A stretch of DNA of 64,000 bases from Eledone cirrhosa. Lineage: Eukaryota. Of the stretch, positions 30,688 through 44,371 are shown one piece after another (positions within the stretch are counted from its first letter, which is position 1; every line of letters begins with the position of its first letter). Made by a program: the position numbers and the translations under genes. The notes beneath the pieces are model-generated. The model did no database searches and had not been told where the DNA came from. It saw nothing but the letters and a program-made list of their open reading frames with translations. Location: positions 263,934,001 to 263,998,000 of the forward strand of contig OZ024741.1 in NCBI GenBank assembly GCA_964016885.1, written 5' to 3'.

Positions 30688-31272
30688 GAGAGAGAGAGAG
30701 AAAGAGAGAGAGAGAAAGAGAGCGTGTGTGAGAGAGAAAGAGAGAGAGTGAGAGAGAGAGAGCGGGATAGAGAGAGTGAGAGAGAGAGTGGAATCAGAGT
30801 GAGTGGAAGAGAGAGAGGGAAAGAGAGTGGGAGAGAGGGGGAGAGAGGGGAGAGACAATGTGGAAGAGAAAGAGGGAGAGAGAGACGGAGAGAAAATGGG
30901 AGAGAGAGAAGGAGAGAAAGTGGGAGAGAGAGAGAGTTTATGTGAGAGAGAAAGAGAGAGAGGGAGAGTGGGAGAGAGTGTGGTAAGGAGAGAGGGAGAG
31001 AGATGAGAGTGGGAGTGAGAGATGGTGTGAGAGAGATGGGAGAAAGAGTGGGAGAGTGAGCGAGGGAGTGAGAGAGAGTGGTAGAAAGAGAGAGAGGGGA
31101 GAGAAAGAGAGAGAGGGGAGAGAGAGAGAGGGATAGAGAGAGGGAGAGAGAGGAAGAGAGGCGGAGAGAGGGGGAGAGAGAGGGATAGATAGATTGTGAG
31201 TGAGATAGAGAGAGGGAGAAAGAGATAGAGAGTGAGAGAGATGGAGGGAGAGAGAGAGGGAGTGTGAGAGAT
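30688..31272. repeat. Degenerate (GA)n tract
   Basis: Direct reading. Confidence 0.9.
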
Positions 31273-31849
31273 TGAAGGCCCGAATGTAGGAACATAATTA
31301 AATACCGGGGATTGTTCGGTTGCCGTCGAGACCTCAGGCGTACTTGGAGCTCGTACCGTCGAGCTCCTGCTTCCTCAGACGGCGGTCCGCATGAACAAGG
31401 AGCCACGCGAGGTGGGGTGGCTGTTGCAGTGGGTGTCGCTGGCCATTGTCCGCGGGACGCAGCCCCTTTACCGCCGCGCCCTGGGCCCAGAGCCCAATCA
31501 TCTTCCCCCACCCCTCCCCATTCTTCTGTGACACTAGGGACCTTGACATTCCCTCCCTTTTTTCTTTTTCTCTTCTTTTCTTTATATTTCCCTATTTTAC
31601 ATTCCATTTTTCTCAATGTAAATTTTCTGTTTTTCTTATTCTATAAAACTGTATTTACATGAAATATTCCATAAATAAAGTTTTTCAGGGTATCATGTGG
31701 CCGATTAACAAACGGATTGTAAGTAAGTATTCTACTTCCGGTGTGTAGCAACCAACATAATCTCAACAATTGAAATGGTTACTTGTCTAAATTGAGGAGG
31801 AAGAACATATTTTGGTGGACCTTAGGACTGGAGGAATATATCTGCTGCA

Positions 31850-31927
<78 letters not shown>

Positions 31928-31979
31928 ACCTATCTATCTAGGGCCTTCTCTGTATATAAATATGTAGGTTGAGGAAGAT

Positions 31980-32550
31980 AAACAGAGGGAAGACGAAAAC
32001 ACCTACAAGACGTGTTCCTGGTGTTGAGGGTTGTTCTATCCACGGGGTGTAAAACAACCCTGCAGTAACGTTCCCCCCTAATGGGGATTTCAATTTTTAT
32101 TTTATTATATATAGTTTATTGTTATTTATTAATGTTAAAGTTATATGATTTTTATGCAAAACCTCCGCCGTCACGTCTTGTAATGTCCCATTTTTATACG
32201 CCTCTGTGGCAAATCTATCTACGGTGAAAGAAGTTATATGGTGGACGAGGTTGAGAGGACTGAGGACAGATGCCTTTCTCTCCGGACAACAATTGATTCC
32301 TTTCTTTAAGTATCACTTTAGAAGGAGAATCAGAGTGGAAAGAGAAGCACTGCACCCCAGTAAATTTATTGAAAGGTGGGTGAATGTGGCAAAAATGGCC
32401 CGAGTGATTGGGCCTTCTCTGTTTATAAGCCTGTCGGCTAAAGAAGAGAGCGAAAGGAAGAAAGGAGCACTTGAACAACACGCTCCTGAAGTTGAGGGTT
32501 GTTCTATCGACGGGGTATTAAACAACCCATTTGTGGCGCCTCCCTCTATT
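31980..32550 (+). mobile_element. Two adjacent Tx1/L1 3' fragments
   Basis: A 3'UTR ending gtggcaaat at ~32214 is followed by TVKEVIWWTRLRGLRTDAFLSGQQLIPFFKYHF. Confidence 0.75.
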
Positions 32551-32661
32551 GTGTGTGTGTATGTATGTATGTATGTATGTATGTATGTATGTATGTATGT
32601 ATGTATGTATGTGTGTGTGTGTATGTATGTATGTATGTATGTATGTATGTATGTATGTCAG

Positions 32662-33262
32662 GTCACCAGTTGGTGCTACTGGTAACATGTATCCCAGTAC
32701 AACCTGTCCCATGGTCGGGTCGTTGGCGACTAAACTGGCAACCCCACCAAGGTTTCTTGGTGAGGAGGGTGACTTTGGACATCCCGCAGGACTAAAAACA
32801 AAACCTGTCAAAGGGCAAAGGAGCTCTTAAGAGTCAATGGCCATCCAAAATCACCGGGAGAGATGACCCCTTAGCCTTTGTCAAGGCAGAATTCTAGGTG
32901 AAGAAAAAGTCTGATATAACACCTGCAACCCTGATGGTATCCAATGATGTTGACTTGTTCTTCTTTTTGGTAAATATCATCTTGGTTAAGAGAGTGGGAC
33001 TGGCTTTGTGCAGTGCCTTTTCTTACTATAAAAGCTTCACGGCACAGGCATTGCTTTATATCTGGAGATCTCTCTGCACTTGTCGTCACATGGTACCATG
33101 GGCCCAGCACTGTGTCAATAATTGTCACAATTGTAGTGTTTGTACCAGAGTTTTCAAGTCGCTGGCTGGACTAAAAAGTCACACTCGTTCAGCGCATCGG
33201 TAGGGGTTCTCCTACATGGATATAAAGTAGTGGCCGTACTCGAAAACGAGTTGGCAGCCACC
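32662..33262 (+). mobile_element. ~600-bp non-autonomous RTE-like element, copy A, with (ATGT)n tail
   Basis: Terminal C2H2-like CSVCTRVFKSLAGLKSHTRSAHR*, 3' hairpin gtggc..ctcg aaaa cgag..gccac. Duplicated at 35630-36261. Confidence 0.55.
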
Positions 33263-33524
33263 ATGTATGTATGTATGTATGTATGTATGTATGTATGTAT
33301 GTATGTATGTATGTGTGTATGTAAACATGTATGTATGCATGCATGCATGCATGTATATAAATATGTATGTATGTATGTATGTACGTATGCATTTATGTAT
33401 GTTTGTGTGTATGTATGTAAGTTTGTATGTAAACATGTATCTATGTACGTATGCATGTATGTATGTTTGTATGTATGTAAGTTTGTATGTATGTATGTAT
33501 GTATGTATGTATGTATGTATGTAT

Positions 33525-35050
33525 GTTTTCTCTTTCTCTTAATTTTGAGTATATTTTTTTGACCGGCCACCTTCCTGGTGGCAAGGTTGTAAAAGAAAAG
33601 AAATTGTCATCCCTTGAATCGCAAGAATGTTTTGCAAATTTTGAAGGTGCCAGCTATCGCAGCCATTTGTAGACTATGAATTAGGGAGCTGCGCTTTTTG
33701 TCAGCAAATCCAAGTTCAGTCATACTTTGGTCCAAGCGGGTTGGTATATAACCCGTAGCACCAATAATGATGGGTATGAAGCTAAAGGTGTATCTTGGAT
33801 ACTGGATTTGTAAACTCCTCATCAATGGTCCGTAGATGTCCTCCTTCTCCTGTATTTTTCTGACAACGTTTACATCAAGTGGGCAGCTGATCTCCACAAC
33901 AGAACACGTTTTCAATGTGTGGTCCCAAACTACAATATCAGGCCGGTTGTGCTTTAATTTGGTGGCAGTTTTTATTTTCAGGTTCCACCAGTATTCCTTA
34001 GTGCCATCTGTCTCAATATATTCTTCCTCGTTTGTCGTTAATTTTGTTTTCCGAAGTGCGTTCCAGATGGTTCTAGCTATCCCATCGTGAACATTGAATA
34101 GGATCTTCCGATTTCTCTGGGTGAGAGATTTATATCAGGCTTTATTCCATATCTCTCCTCCAGATCAGTCGCTATTCTAATGATATTTCTTTTTTCATGG
34201 TCATAAACCTGGGCAAGATGGTTGCCAACCTTTTTCCTCTGTTGAAGGTGTTGCTTCAGTGTCACTATCCGGGTCTCATATGTTGTTAATATTGATTTTA
34301 GACCCCGGCCACCTTCCTTGCGTGAGAAGTATAGCCTATCCACATCACCATTGATGTTAAAGTTCCCAGTAACACTGCAATGACCAGTTCAGTAGGCCAA
34401 ATGTTGGCGTTAGAATTGGCACAGCATAAGTATTGTGGGCAATGTATTTGTTGTACGCTGACAGTTCTGATGACCATATTTTCTTTACTCTTCTGAGGTA
34501 TTCAGTTCTGGTTCTCTCCTTATTTATGGGTCCATCATATCTGACATTCTCATCCTGTCCAAGATATCTGTAGTTGTCACCTGACTGCAGAGGTTGTATT
34601 GTCAGGCCGTTCATCTCTAGATTTCTAGAGGAGGGCACAGCTCTTCCACGTTTTACTGCCATATATGCACACTTGGACTCACCAAATTTCATTTTGATGT
34701 CGGTTGAAAATTGTGTAATGAGGTCCAATTGTTTCTTGATGTCATTGATATTTGGCCCATACAACTTCAGGTCATCAACAAAGAAAAGATGGGAGATACT
34801 TCTGGTCCCACTTCTTTGTCCACCTTGTTTCCTGAGTAGGTAAGATAGTGGATTCAGTGAGAGAACGAAGAGTAGCACTGACAAGCTATCACCCTGAAAG
34901 ATGCCCTTCTGGTAATGTATCTTATCAGTCTTAACCTGCTCCTTCTCACCTCTAAGGATCAAACTGGTGTACCAGTTCTTGGTCAGGCGTTCAACAGCAG
35001 CTACCAATGGTTGTGGGACTTTAGCTAACTGTAAAGCCTTAACAATCCTA
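33525..35050 (-). mobile_element. R4/Dong-type RLE LINE 3' part (RT plus restriction-like endonuclease), embedded in (CATA)n
   Basis: YQKGIFQGDSLS, HLFFVDDLKLY, YRYLG, RLYFSRKEGGRGL; RLE motif KHNRPDIVVWD..VVEISCPLD..EKEDIY. Confidence 0.85.
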
Positions 35051-35629
35051 TGCATGTATGTATGTTTGTATGTATGTAAGTTTGTATGTATGCATGTATG
35101 TATGTACGTATGCATGTATGTATGTTTGTATGTATGTAAGTTTGTATGTATGTATGTATGTATGTATGTATGTATGTATGTATGTATGTATGTATGTATG
35201 CATGTATGTATGTTTGTATGTATGCATGTATGTATGCATGTATGCATGCATGTACGTATGCATGTATGTATGTTTGTATGTATGTATGTCTGTATGTATG
35301 TATGTATGTATGTATGTATGTATGTATGTTTGTATGTATGTATGTCTGTATGTATGTATGTATGCATGTATGTATGTATGCATGTATGTATGTTTGTATG
35401 TATGCATGTATGTCTATGTACGTATGCATGTATGTATGTTTGTATGTATGTAAGTTTGTATGTATGCATGTATGTATGTATGTATGTATGTATGTATGTA
35501 TGTATGTATGTATGCATGTATGTATGTACGTTTGTATGTATGTATGTATGTATGTATGTATGTATGTATGTATGTTTGTATGTATGTAAGTTTGTATGTA
35601 TGTATGTATGTATGTATGTATGTATGTAT

Positions 35630-36261
35630 GTCACCAGTTGGTGCTACTGGTAACATGTATCCCAGTACAACCTGTCTCATGGTCGGGTCGTTGGCGACTA
35701 AACTGGCAACCCCACCAAGGTTTCTTGGTGAGGAGGGTGACTTTGGACATCCTGCAGGACTAAAAACAAAACCTGTCAAAGGGCAAAGGAGCTCTTAAGA
35801 GTCAATGGCCATCCAAAATCACCGGGAGAGATGACCCCTTTAGCCTTAGTCAAGGCAGAATTCTAGGAGAAGGAAAACTCTGATATAACACCTGCAACCC
35901 TGATGGTATCCAATGATGTTGACTTGTTCTTCTTTTTGGTAAATAGCATCTTGGTTAAGAGAGTGGGACTGGCTTTGTGCAGTGCCTTTGCTCACTATAA
36001 AAGCTTCACGGCACAGGCATTGCTTTATATCTGGAGATCTCTCTGCACTTGTCCTCACATGGGCCCAGCACTATGTGTCAATAATTGTCCTACCATGGGC
36101 CTAGCACTATGTGTCAATAATTGTCACGGGTGTAGTGTTTGTACCAGAGGTTTCAAGTCGCTGGCTGGACTAAAAAGTCACACTCGTTCAGCGCTTCGGT
36201 AGGGGTTATCCTACATGGATGTAAAGTAGTGGCCGTACTCGAAAACGAGTTGGCAGCCACC
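35630..36261 (+). mobile_element. ~630-bp non-autonomous RTE-like element, copy B
   Basis: Near-identical to 32662-33262, plus an internal duplication of atgggcc(c/t)agcactatgtgtcaataattgtc. Confidence 0.55.
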
Positions 36262-36439
36262 ATGTATGTATGTATGTATGTATGTATGTATGTATGTATG
36301 TATGCATGTATGTATGTTTGTATGTATGTATGTATTTATGTTATACAACTAGAGGCATGTTTACTACTTTTCACACAAGAATTAACTTTAGGATGCTTGT
36401 GTGCGTGAGATAAATACACCAGGTCCGAACAAAAAGGAA

Positions 36440-36960
36440 TCAAACTCCCACTGTCACTGCCTCCGTCTCTCCCGATCTCACTTTATGGGCAAATGGGGGA
36501 CGTCGCACTGACTGCCCCGCGGCCACGGCGGACACAATAGAGAAGGTGTTTTCCCAGATGATGGTGAGGGAGATGTACTGGAGGAGACATTCCAGCTCGC
36601 GAGGCGCACACCTGCGGGTAGCCAACTCGGTGCCGATGGTAGTGAGCAGGAAGGTCGTCCTAGGGCAAAGGAAACCAGAAGTCTCCACTGTCACGGGCTC
36701 GACTTCACACCTGCCGATAACTACCGATATTTGGAGAATTTACCCACCTCGGGCCAAAGTGCAGCAGAGCCTAGGTTAGTCGCAGACTGCACCAGATTGC
36801 CTCTGGAGAATGTATCGCTAGATGCGGGATCCCAGATGAGGAGTTTACCACCGCGGAACGGGAAGATGGTCAAGCAGTCTGGCCCTGTGCACTGCCCAGG
36901 TGATGGCTGAAGAAGGAGTTGATGGCATATCAGATGAGGGGTTTACCACCGTGGAACGTT
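36440..36960 (-). mobile_element. CRE-type RLE LINE 3' fragment
   Basis: VTVETSGFLCPRTTFLLTTIGTELATRRCAPRELECLLQYISLTIIWENTFSI. Confidence 0.6.
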
Positions 36961-37096
36961 AGTGCCTGCAGTTTTGTTTACATGCCAACACAAGAGCAAG
37001 AATGAGGGGCTCATTCTACTGACATGGGTTAAAAGGGTCTGTTTGCATAATTGCAAACGAATCGAATAATATTAATATTCGAAATACTTGGATTAC

Positions 37097-37181
<85 letters not shown>

Positions 37182-37210
37182 AATAAATATATATATATAC
37201 ACACACACAT

Positions 37211-37241
<31 letters not shown>

Positions 37242-37338
37242 AATATATATATATACACACACACATATACACACACACACACATATATATATATATAAAT
37301 ATATATATATACACACACACACACATATATATATAAAT

Positions 37339-37381
<43 letters not shown>

Positions 37382-37662
37382 ATTAAAAGTTTAACAAGGT
37401 TCAATGAATTCATCAATGAATAAAGTTTCACAATAGATTATAAGCACTCTACAATGGGTTTTAACAGTTATAGAAGTTTATGTATTATATATTATTAATT
37501 ATTTATATATCTTTTGACACATTCTCATACGCACCCTCTGTATTATATGTAATTTTTCATGTTTCAACTTAAGGTATATAAATATCGAGTTTTGTCATAA
37601 CTAATCACTGCCATGACTAAATTATAACCATCAACATAGTCAAGGTATGTCAGGCATCAACT

Positions 37663-37728
37663 TATTTTATCTGATGAGGACGTACTGTTGAAATAGCTCA
37701 GTATCTCTGAAATATGTATAATAAAATA
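37663..37728 (+). ncRNA. Type I hammerhead ribozyme
   Basis: tattttat-CTGATGA-ggac gtactg..cagtat ctct-GAAAT-atgt-ATA-ataaaata. Confidence 0.65.
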
Positions 37729-37911
37729 TATTTGATCACATAAATGTCTATATTTATTAATATTTTGAAGTAATATATATATATATATATATATAAATCT
37801 ATCTATCTACCTATGTATCTCCCCCCTATCTATCTATTATCTATCTATATATATATCTATATATATATCAATAGTATTAATAAATGGAAAATATCTTTAT
37901 AAAACCATATT

Positions 37912-37972
37912 TATTTTATTATACGTATTTCAAGGGTACTAATATTTAAGTACGTTTTCGTCAGATAAAATA
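37912..37972 (-). ncRNA. Type I hammerhead ribozyme
   Basis: Minus strand tattttat-CTGACGA-aaac gtact..agtac cctt-GAAAT-acgt-ATA-ataaaata. Confidence 0.65.
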
Positions 37973-38141
37973 TAATAATTGGTGTTAAGATAGCGACATA
38001 TCTTCATGTGAACCTAATGTTATGAGTTCAGTGAGGATAGTCACATATATTAATGATACTTCGGATAAATCTGTTGAGTGCTTCTAATCTGTTGTAAAAT
38101 TAACTTTGTTGAATAATCAACAAACTAAATAACTCATTGTT

Positions 38142-38230
<89 letters not shown>

Positions 38231-38234
<4 letters not shown>

Positions 38235-38987
38235 TACATTGAGTTAGAAACTCATAATAGTCTGTTACAATTAAATAGCTCCAAGAAATAATTTTTTCCG
38301 AGCCGTGCAATACAATTGAATATATGAGAGGATAAACACAGATATAAGTATACATGTGTTCCAATTGCAAAGGACCAAGTTAATTAGGCAAACCATATTG
38401 TTTTAAGTTAGTATTTTTTTCAACCTAGTTAACTTGGTCATTTGCAATTGGAACACATGTATACTTATATCTGTGTACATCTCTCTCATATATTCAATTA
38501 TATTGCACGGCTCGGAAAAAATTATTTCTTAGAGCTATTTAATTGTAACAGACTATTATGAGTTTCTAACTCAATCTATGATATTCTCGGCTCCGGGACG
38601 TAGAGCTAACTTTAGTTTCATAAAGCCGGTTGCTATTTGTAGTGGCATGAGTATGTGAAACACGCTAGGCACTGTAACATGTGCTTTTATATCAGCATAC
38701 TGTTCAGTCTTCTTAGATTCTTAGAAGTGAAAGGTCTAATTTTTGGATACCTACTGAAGAGCACAGAAATAGTGCCTTTCACTTAATAATTCTTGCGGAA
38801 CAGATTTAAGTCTGTTTGGGTATCAAAGGCTTTTGCCCGATATAGGTTTGTTCTTTTTATTGATTATTACTTTAAATCGAGTCAGGCAAATCATATTGTT
38901 TTAAGTTAGTATTTTTCAACCTAATTAACTTGGTCATTTGCAATTGCAATGTATACTTATATCTGTGTTTATTTCTCTCATATATTC

Positions 38988-38992
<5 letters not shown>
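38231..38992. mobile_element. Tandem-plus-inverted element in (TA)n
   Basis: Inverted arms 38231-38385 and 38428-38583. Direct repeat aggcaaa..catattgttttaagttagtatt at ~38386 and ~38884 (~500-bp period). Confidence 0.7.
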
Positions 38993-39071
<79 letters not shown>

Positions 39072-39073
<2 letters not shown>

Positions 39074-39519
39074 TAGACCTGAAAAATGCGCAAGCTGAAA
39101 AGAGCCACAGAATGTTATAATAAACCTTCAAAAGTGTGGGACTAGAGTTGTTGCTCAAAATTATTGTAATCATTATCTATTGTACACTCTGTGGCATCCT
39201 TTTATAAAAAAGAGACTCATAACGAACTCAAGACGACACGATAATTATTTAAGCTAATGTTCAATATCTCATATTAGATGTTTAGTAATGATTAATAAAA
39301 ATGCACTTAAACCGAATTCTTTATTATAAATTCACTTAAATAATTATCGTGTCGTCTTGAGTTCGTTATGAGTCTCTTTTTTTTTATAAAAGGATGGCAC
39401 AGAGTGTACGATAGATAATGATTACAATATTTTTGAGCAACAACTCTAGTCCTACATTTTTGAAGGTTTATTATAACATTCTATGGCTCTTTTGAGCTTG
39501 CGCATTTTTCAGGTCTAGT
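39072..39519. mobile_element. Fold-back element starting at (TA)n
   Basis: actagacctgaaaaatgcgcaagc...gcttgcgcatttttcaggtctagt with ~180-bp arms. Confidence 0.85.
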
Positions 39520-41192
39520 TTAATATTTTTTTAAGGCAACGATTGTAATAACTCTAGTTAAACATGATATATATTAATAATAAATTATCGTTGCAATGTA
39601 ATTAGATTATATAATTGTTATTTTATAAATGATCTTATGAATATTATGTTAAGATGTATAAAAATATTTTCAGACTTTTAATATAATCAACTACAAAAAA
39701 CAATCAATATTAAATAAATATATTTTACATAATAATTGTTATAGTTGAATTAATAAAAATTAAATATTACATACAAATAGTCTAACATAATAATAAAAAA
39801 ATAATCTAACATAAAACGAACAATAATATGGACAAATATATAAGTAAATATGATACAACCAATATTATAAGCATGTTATAACGAACTGAAAAAAAAATAG
39901 TTAATATAAATTTAAAAAATCATATATAAATTAACAATATAACTTACCAAACAATATAACTTACCAAAACGAGAAAAATATTTTGACGATAATCGACGAA
40001 ATACAGGAGGAAGATTCGAAAGCAAAACGATAAATAAACGTGCAAACAAAATGGCGGATGCTTTTGAGCAACAATTACTCTCGTAGGTTGATTAGCCAAT
40101 AAGACGATTAAATTAGCCAATAAGACGATACAATACAAAACATGTTTGGTAGCGATCATCACCACGGCCAAGGACACCCCTTGAATTTTTTATTCACAAG
40201 CTACGCATATATGTCAGACACGCAGACTTAAAACATTATGTTGTTAGTCACTGCGTGTCTAACATATATGCATAACTATCTATATACATATGTATATCCT
40301 CCCTCTCTTTCTCTATCTATCTATATACGTGTGTGTATACGTATATATGTATTTATGTATGCATATGTATCTATATATGTATGTGTATATATATATACAC
40401 TTTTATGTGTATGTGTGTGTGTGTATGTGTGTGTGTATGTGTATATGTATATGTACGATTGTAAGTGTACATGGGTGTGTACGTGTGTGTGTTTGTGTAC
40501 ATTAGATATATTTCTGTCTCTAATGTAGAAGAAATGGTGTCATAGTGAGAGTTTATTTTCCTAAGGTCGCCTCCTTGAAACTCAAACCGTGAAATTTCAC
40601 ATTCTTTCCTCTAAGACATGTTTTAGTTGATGTTTGATAATTAAAGAGACAGTCTTGTCTCTTTTTGTATTGTCCCAAGACACTCTTTTGTTGATAGTTT
40701 TCTTGGGTGGAAAACATGTATTTCTTAATGTAATTTATTTACAAGATTTAAAAAGTGTAATAACAAATTCTTTCATTTTTAATGTTCATAGTTTTTTTTT
40801 AAATTTTAATGTTTCTTTAATTGTCATTTTTTTTTTTAAATTTCCATTTTTATTAATTCTAATTAAAAAAAAAAATTTTATTTTCATTTTGTAGAAATTA
40901 TGAAAAAAAATCCATTTTCTGTAAATTTTCATTTTTTAAATTTTCAATTTTTTTATGTCATTAAAAAATCGTTTTTTTTTAATAGACGTTTTCTGTTGAC
41001 ATATCCAAAGACACATAAGGACGTGTATATAAACACATATATATAAACATATATAGACATATATATGTATAGACATACAGTATATCATTACACATACACA
41101 CACATATATGTATATAGACATATATAGACATTATATAGACATATATATAGACATATATATATATAAACATATATACAGACATATATAAAGAC

Positions 41193-41282
<90 letters not shown>

Positions 41283-42274
41283 ATATATAGAGACAATTAT
41301 AAAGACATTTATATAGGCATGTATATAGACGTATTTAGTTTCTGAATTTGTTTAGCAAGATTCTTTATCTGAAAACGTGTGTTGAAACCGATATTGGATC
41401 GTCAAGTATGAAATTTGTAGAAATGTATAGAAAAAGAAAACAAATTTCTACAAATTTCATACTTGACGACCCGTAGTTGCGCGCGCGCGTATATGTCTGT
41501 GTGTGTGTGCGTGTATGCGTGTATGTATGTATGTATGTATTTAAGAATGAATGAATGCGAAGAAGGAGGATGCATGTTCTATACAAGTAAGACATTCATT
41601 GTTGTAACATTATTTAACCTATAGTCATACTTGTGTAGGTGTGGACATGCTTGAACGATCTCAATAATTTCATTGGTATTCCAGGCAACCAATTACATCT
41701 CTAATTTACATCTGTCTACAAATCTCCCAAACAGCTAAACTATGTCATGGTTTCAATTTCTAGTGGAGACCTTAGCCGACGGAAGAACATATTAGAAAGC
41801 CTTTGTCCAGAATTCAACCGTTTCTGCAGCTACGTTTGGTCAAAAAGTTCCTAACAAAGAGAATTTCAGATGAGATCATAAATGTATTGATAAAGTCTTT
41901 TTTTATAGAAATCTCTAATGAAAGATATGATCAGAAAATATTTTAGACAGGCCAACGACTAAAGTAGTTAAATCGACGACGAGGAAGAACAGTTGATGAA
42001 AGACGAGTATAGATGTCAACTTTACACTGAATTAGTATTACTATCCGTTTACTGACTTTCGTTTATATTTTAAGTAATTTCGCATCCATTGTAATAATAG
42101 GTTCCCATATTAGTACTGTAAGGGTAAAGAGCCCCTTCAGTCACTAAATGACCATAGGATTTTCGCCTTGAAACTTCCCTCTCCGAGGCACCATGGTGCG
42201 TGTGTTTCTTATTGGCAACATGACCCTCCCAAAGTATAACAATATATAGACATATATAGACATATAAACGTATG

Positions 42275-42372
42275 AATGGACCTCGGCGAGATTTGAACTC
42301 GGATCGTAAAGGGACGTAACTATGCTAGAAAGCATGGCGTCCGACTCTCTACCGATACTGCCAATTCTACGG
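42275..42372 (-). mobile_element. tRNA-derived SINE 5' half
   Basis: Reverse complement of tggcagtatcggtagagagtcggacgccatg..gagttcaaatctcgccgagg. Confidence 0.7.
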
Positions 42373-43249
42373 ACAGATACACTAATACGAAAAAGACAGC
42401 TGGATTAATTTCAATGCGATGAGTTATTCGATTAGCACACACACACACACACATACACACATACACACATGTCCAAACACACATACACACAATATATCAC
42501 AATAACAATAACAATAACACTTATTCTTTATTCCATCTTTGGACACTCAGCACCCGATTGAGTTGTAGGGACACTCGTTGTAATATTAGGCATTTCAAAT
42601 ATTGCGGAGTCCATTGCTCTCCGGTTCTGGCCATTGGGAGACAGAGAGAGTGAGGAGGGAGAGAAGAAGAAGAAGAAGAAGAAGAAGAAGAAGAAGAAGA
42701 AGAAAATTATATAATATGCACTTTATTGTTTGTTATGTTTTATTATATGCCTGACCGACATCGAGCCCCCCCCCTTCGGTCCGCAGAGAAAATGTCTTGC
42801 ATGACACCGGTCCGTGGCGCAAAAGGGTTAAGGACAGCTGCTTTAGTCCCAGATTCGCGATCCGGCTATCATAGTTTTCGTTTTTTTTCTTTCTTTTCGG
42901 CCCTTGCCTATAATCTGTTGTATCCCCAGTTAAAAGGAATTTTGTAAAAACATTGTTTCATGTTTCGTAAACGCTGCAACACTATAGATTAGTAAAATAA
43001 ACTTTACGCCAACAATCGGTCTGCCACACACTCAGTTGTATTTTGCTTTGGAAATTAAAATAAATAAACATTTAAGTGAATCTATTTGAAGGTCTATAGT
43101 CGGTGGAAACTTGGAATAAAGCGTTAGTTTGTTAAGTGTAATGTTTTAAGATCAATCTCTTTGTTTCAACAGGTATATAACTGACGATGAAGTGAAATAT
43201 GTGATAGTGCCACATATTATTCGGTACTTCATTAGCATGAGAAGATTAT

Positions 43250-43585
43250 TGTGAAGGCGCGTGGCTTTGTGGTTAAGAGCGTTGGGTTTGCAATCATGAG
43301 GTTGTGAGTTTGATTCTCGTACCGGGTGATGCGTTGATACGTTATTTCACGTTGCTCCAGTTTGCTCAGCTGTAGGAATGAGTTGCGGCGTCACTGGTAG
43401 CAAGCTGTCTCGGCCATTGCCTTTCCCTTGGACAACATCGGTGGCGTGGAGTGGGGAGACTGGTATGCACGAGCGATTGCTGGTCCTACATAAACAATTT
43501 TGCCCCGGACTTGTGCCTCGGAGAGGGAAGTTTCAAGGCGAAAATCCTATGGTCATTTAGTGACTGAAGGGGCTCTTTACCCTTA
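43250..43585 (+). mobile_element. tRNA-derived SINE (second family, CORE-like)
   Basis: gaaggcgcgtggctttgtggttaagagcgttgg..gagtttgattctcg head, tttcacgttgctccagt body, gtgcctcggagaggg..ctttaccctt tail. Confidence 0.75.
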
Positions 43586-44189
43586 CAGTACTAATATGGG
43601 AACCTATTATTACAATGGATGCGAAATTACTTAAAATATAAACGAAAGTCAGTAAACGGATAGTAATACTAATTCAGTGTAAAGTTGACATCTATACTCG
43701 TCTTTCATCAACTGTTCTTCCTCGTCGTCGATTTAACTACTTTAGTCGTTGGCCTGTCTAAAATATTTTCTGATCATATCTTTCATTAGAGATTTCTATA
43801 AAAAAAGACTTTATCAATACATTTATGATCTCATCTGAAATTCTCTTTGTTAGGAACTTTTTGACCAAACGTAGCTGCAGAAACGGTTGAATTCTGGACA
43901 AAGGCTTTCTAATATGTTCTTCCGTCGGCTAAGGTCTCCACTAGAAATTGAAACCATGACATAGTTTAGCTGTTTGGGAGATTTGTAGACGGATGTAAAT
44001 TAGAGATGTAATTGGTTGCCTGGAATACCAATGAAATTATTGAGATCGTTCAAGCATGTCCACACCTACACAAGTATGACTATAGGTTAAATAATGTTAC
44101 AACAATGAATGTCTTACTTGTATAGAACATGCATCCTCCTTCTTCGCATTCATTCATTCTTAAATACATACATACATACATACACGCAT

Positions 44190-44220
<31 letters not shown>

Positions 44221-44323
44221 TATGTGCGCGCGCGCGCGCAACTACGGGTCGTCAAGTATGAAATTTGTAGAAATTTGTTTTCTTTTTCTATACATTTCTA
44301 CAAATTTCATACTTGACGATCCA

Positions 44324-44371
<48 letters not shown>

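Larger units (their letters stand above)
41391..44327. repeat. ~800-bp near-identical inverted duplication (41391-42191 and 43513-44327) with ~1.3-kb spacer
   Basis: Direct reverse-complement match across unique-looking sequence. Each outer end is itself a palindrome. Confidence 0.9.

Noticed and set aside
32662-32770. HDV-like or twister ribozyme at the 5' end of the RTE-like element
   Set aside because: ccagt/actgg pairing and CTAA are present, but I could not build P1/P3/L3 or the twister L4 loop; needs a covariance search
40040-40130. YY1-like aaaatggcgg plus two CCAAT boxes
   Set aside because: The CCAAT pair comes from a short local duplication and there is no linked gene evidence
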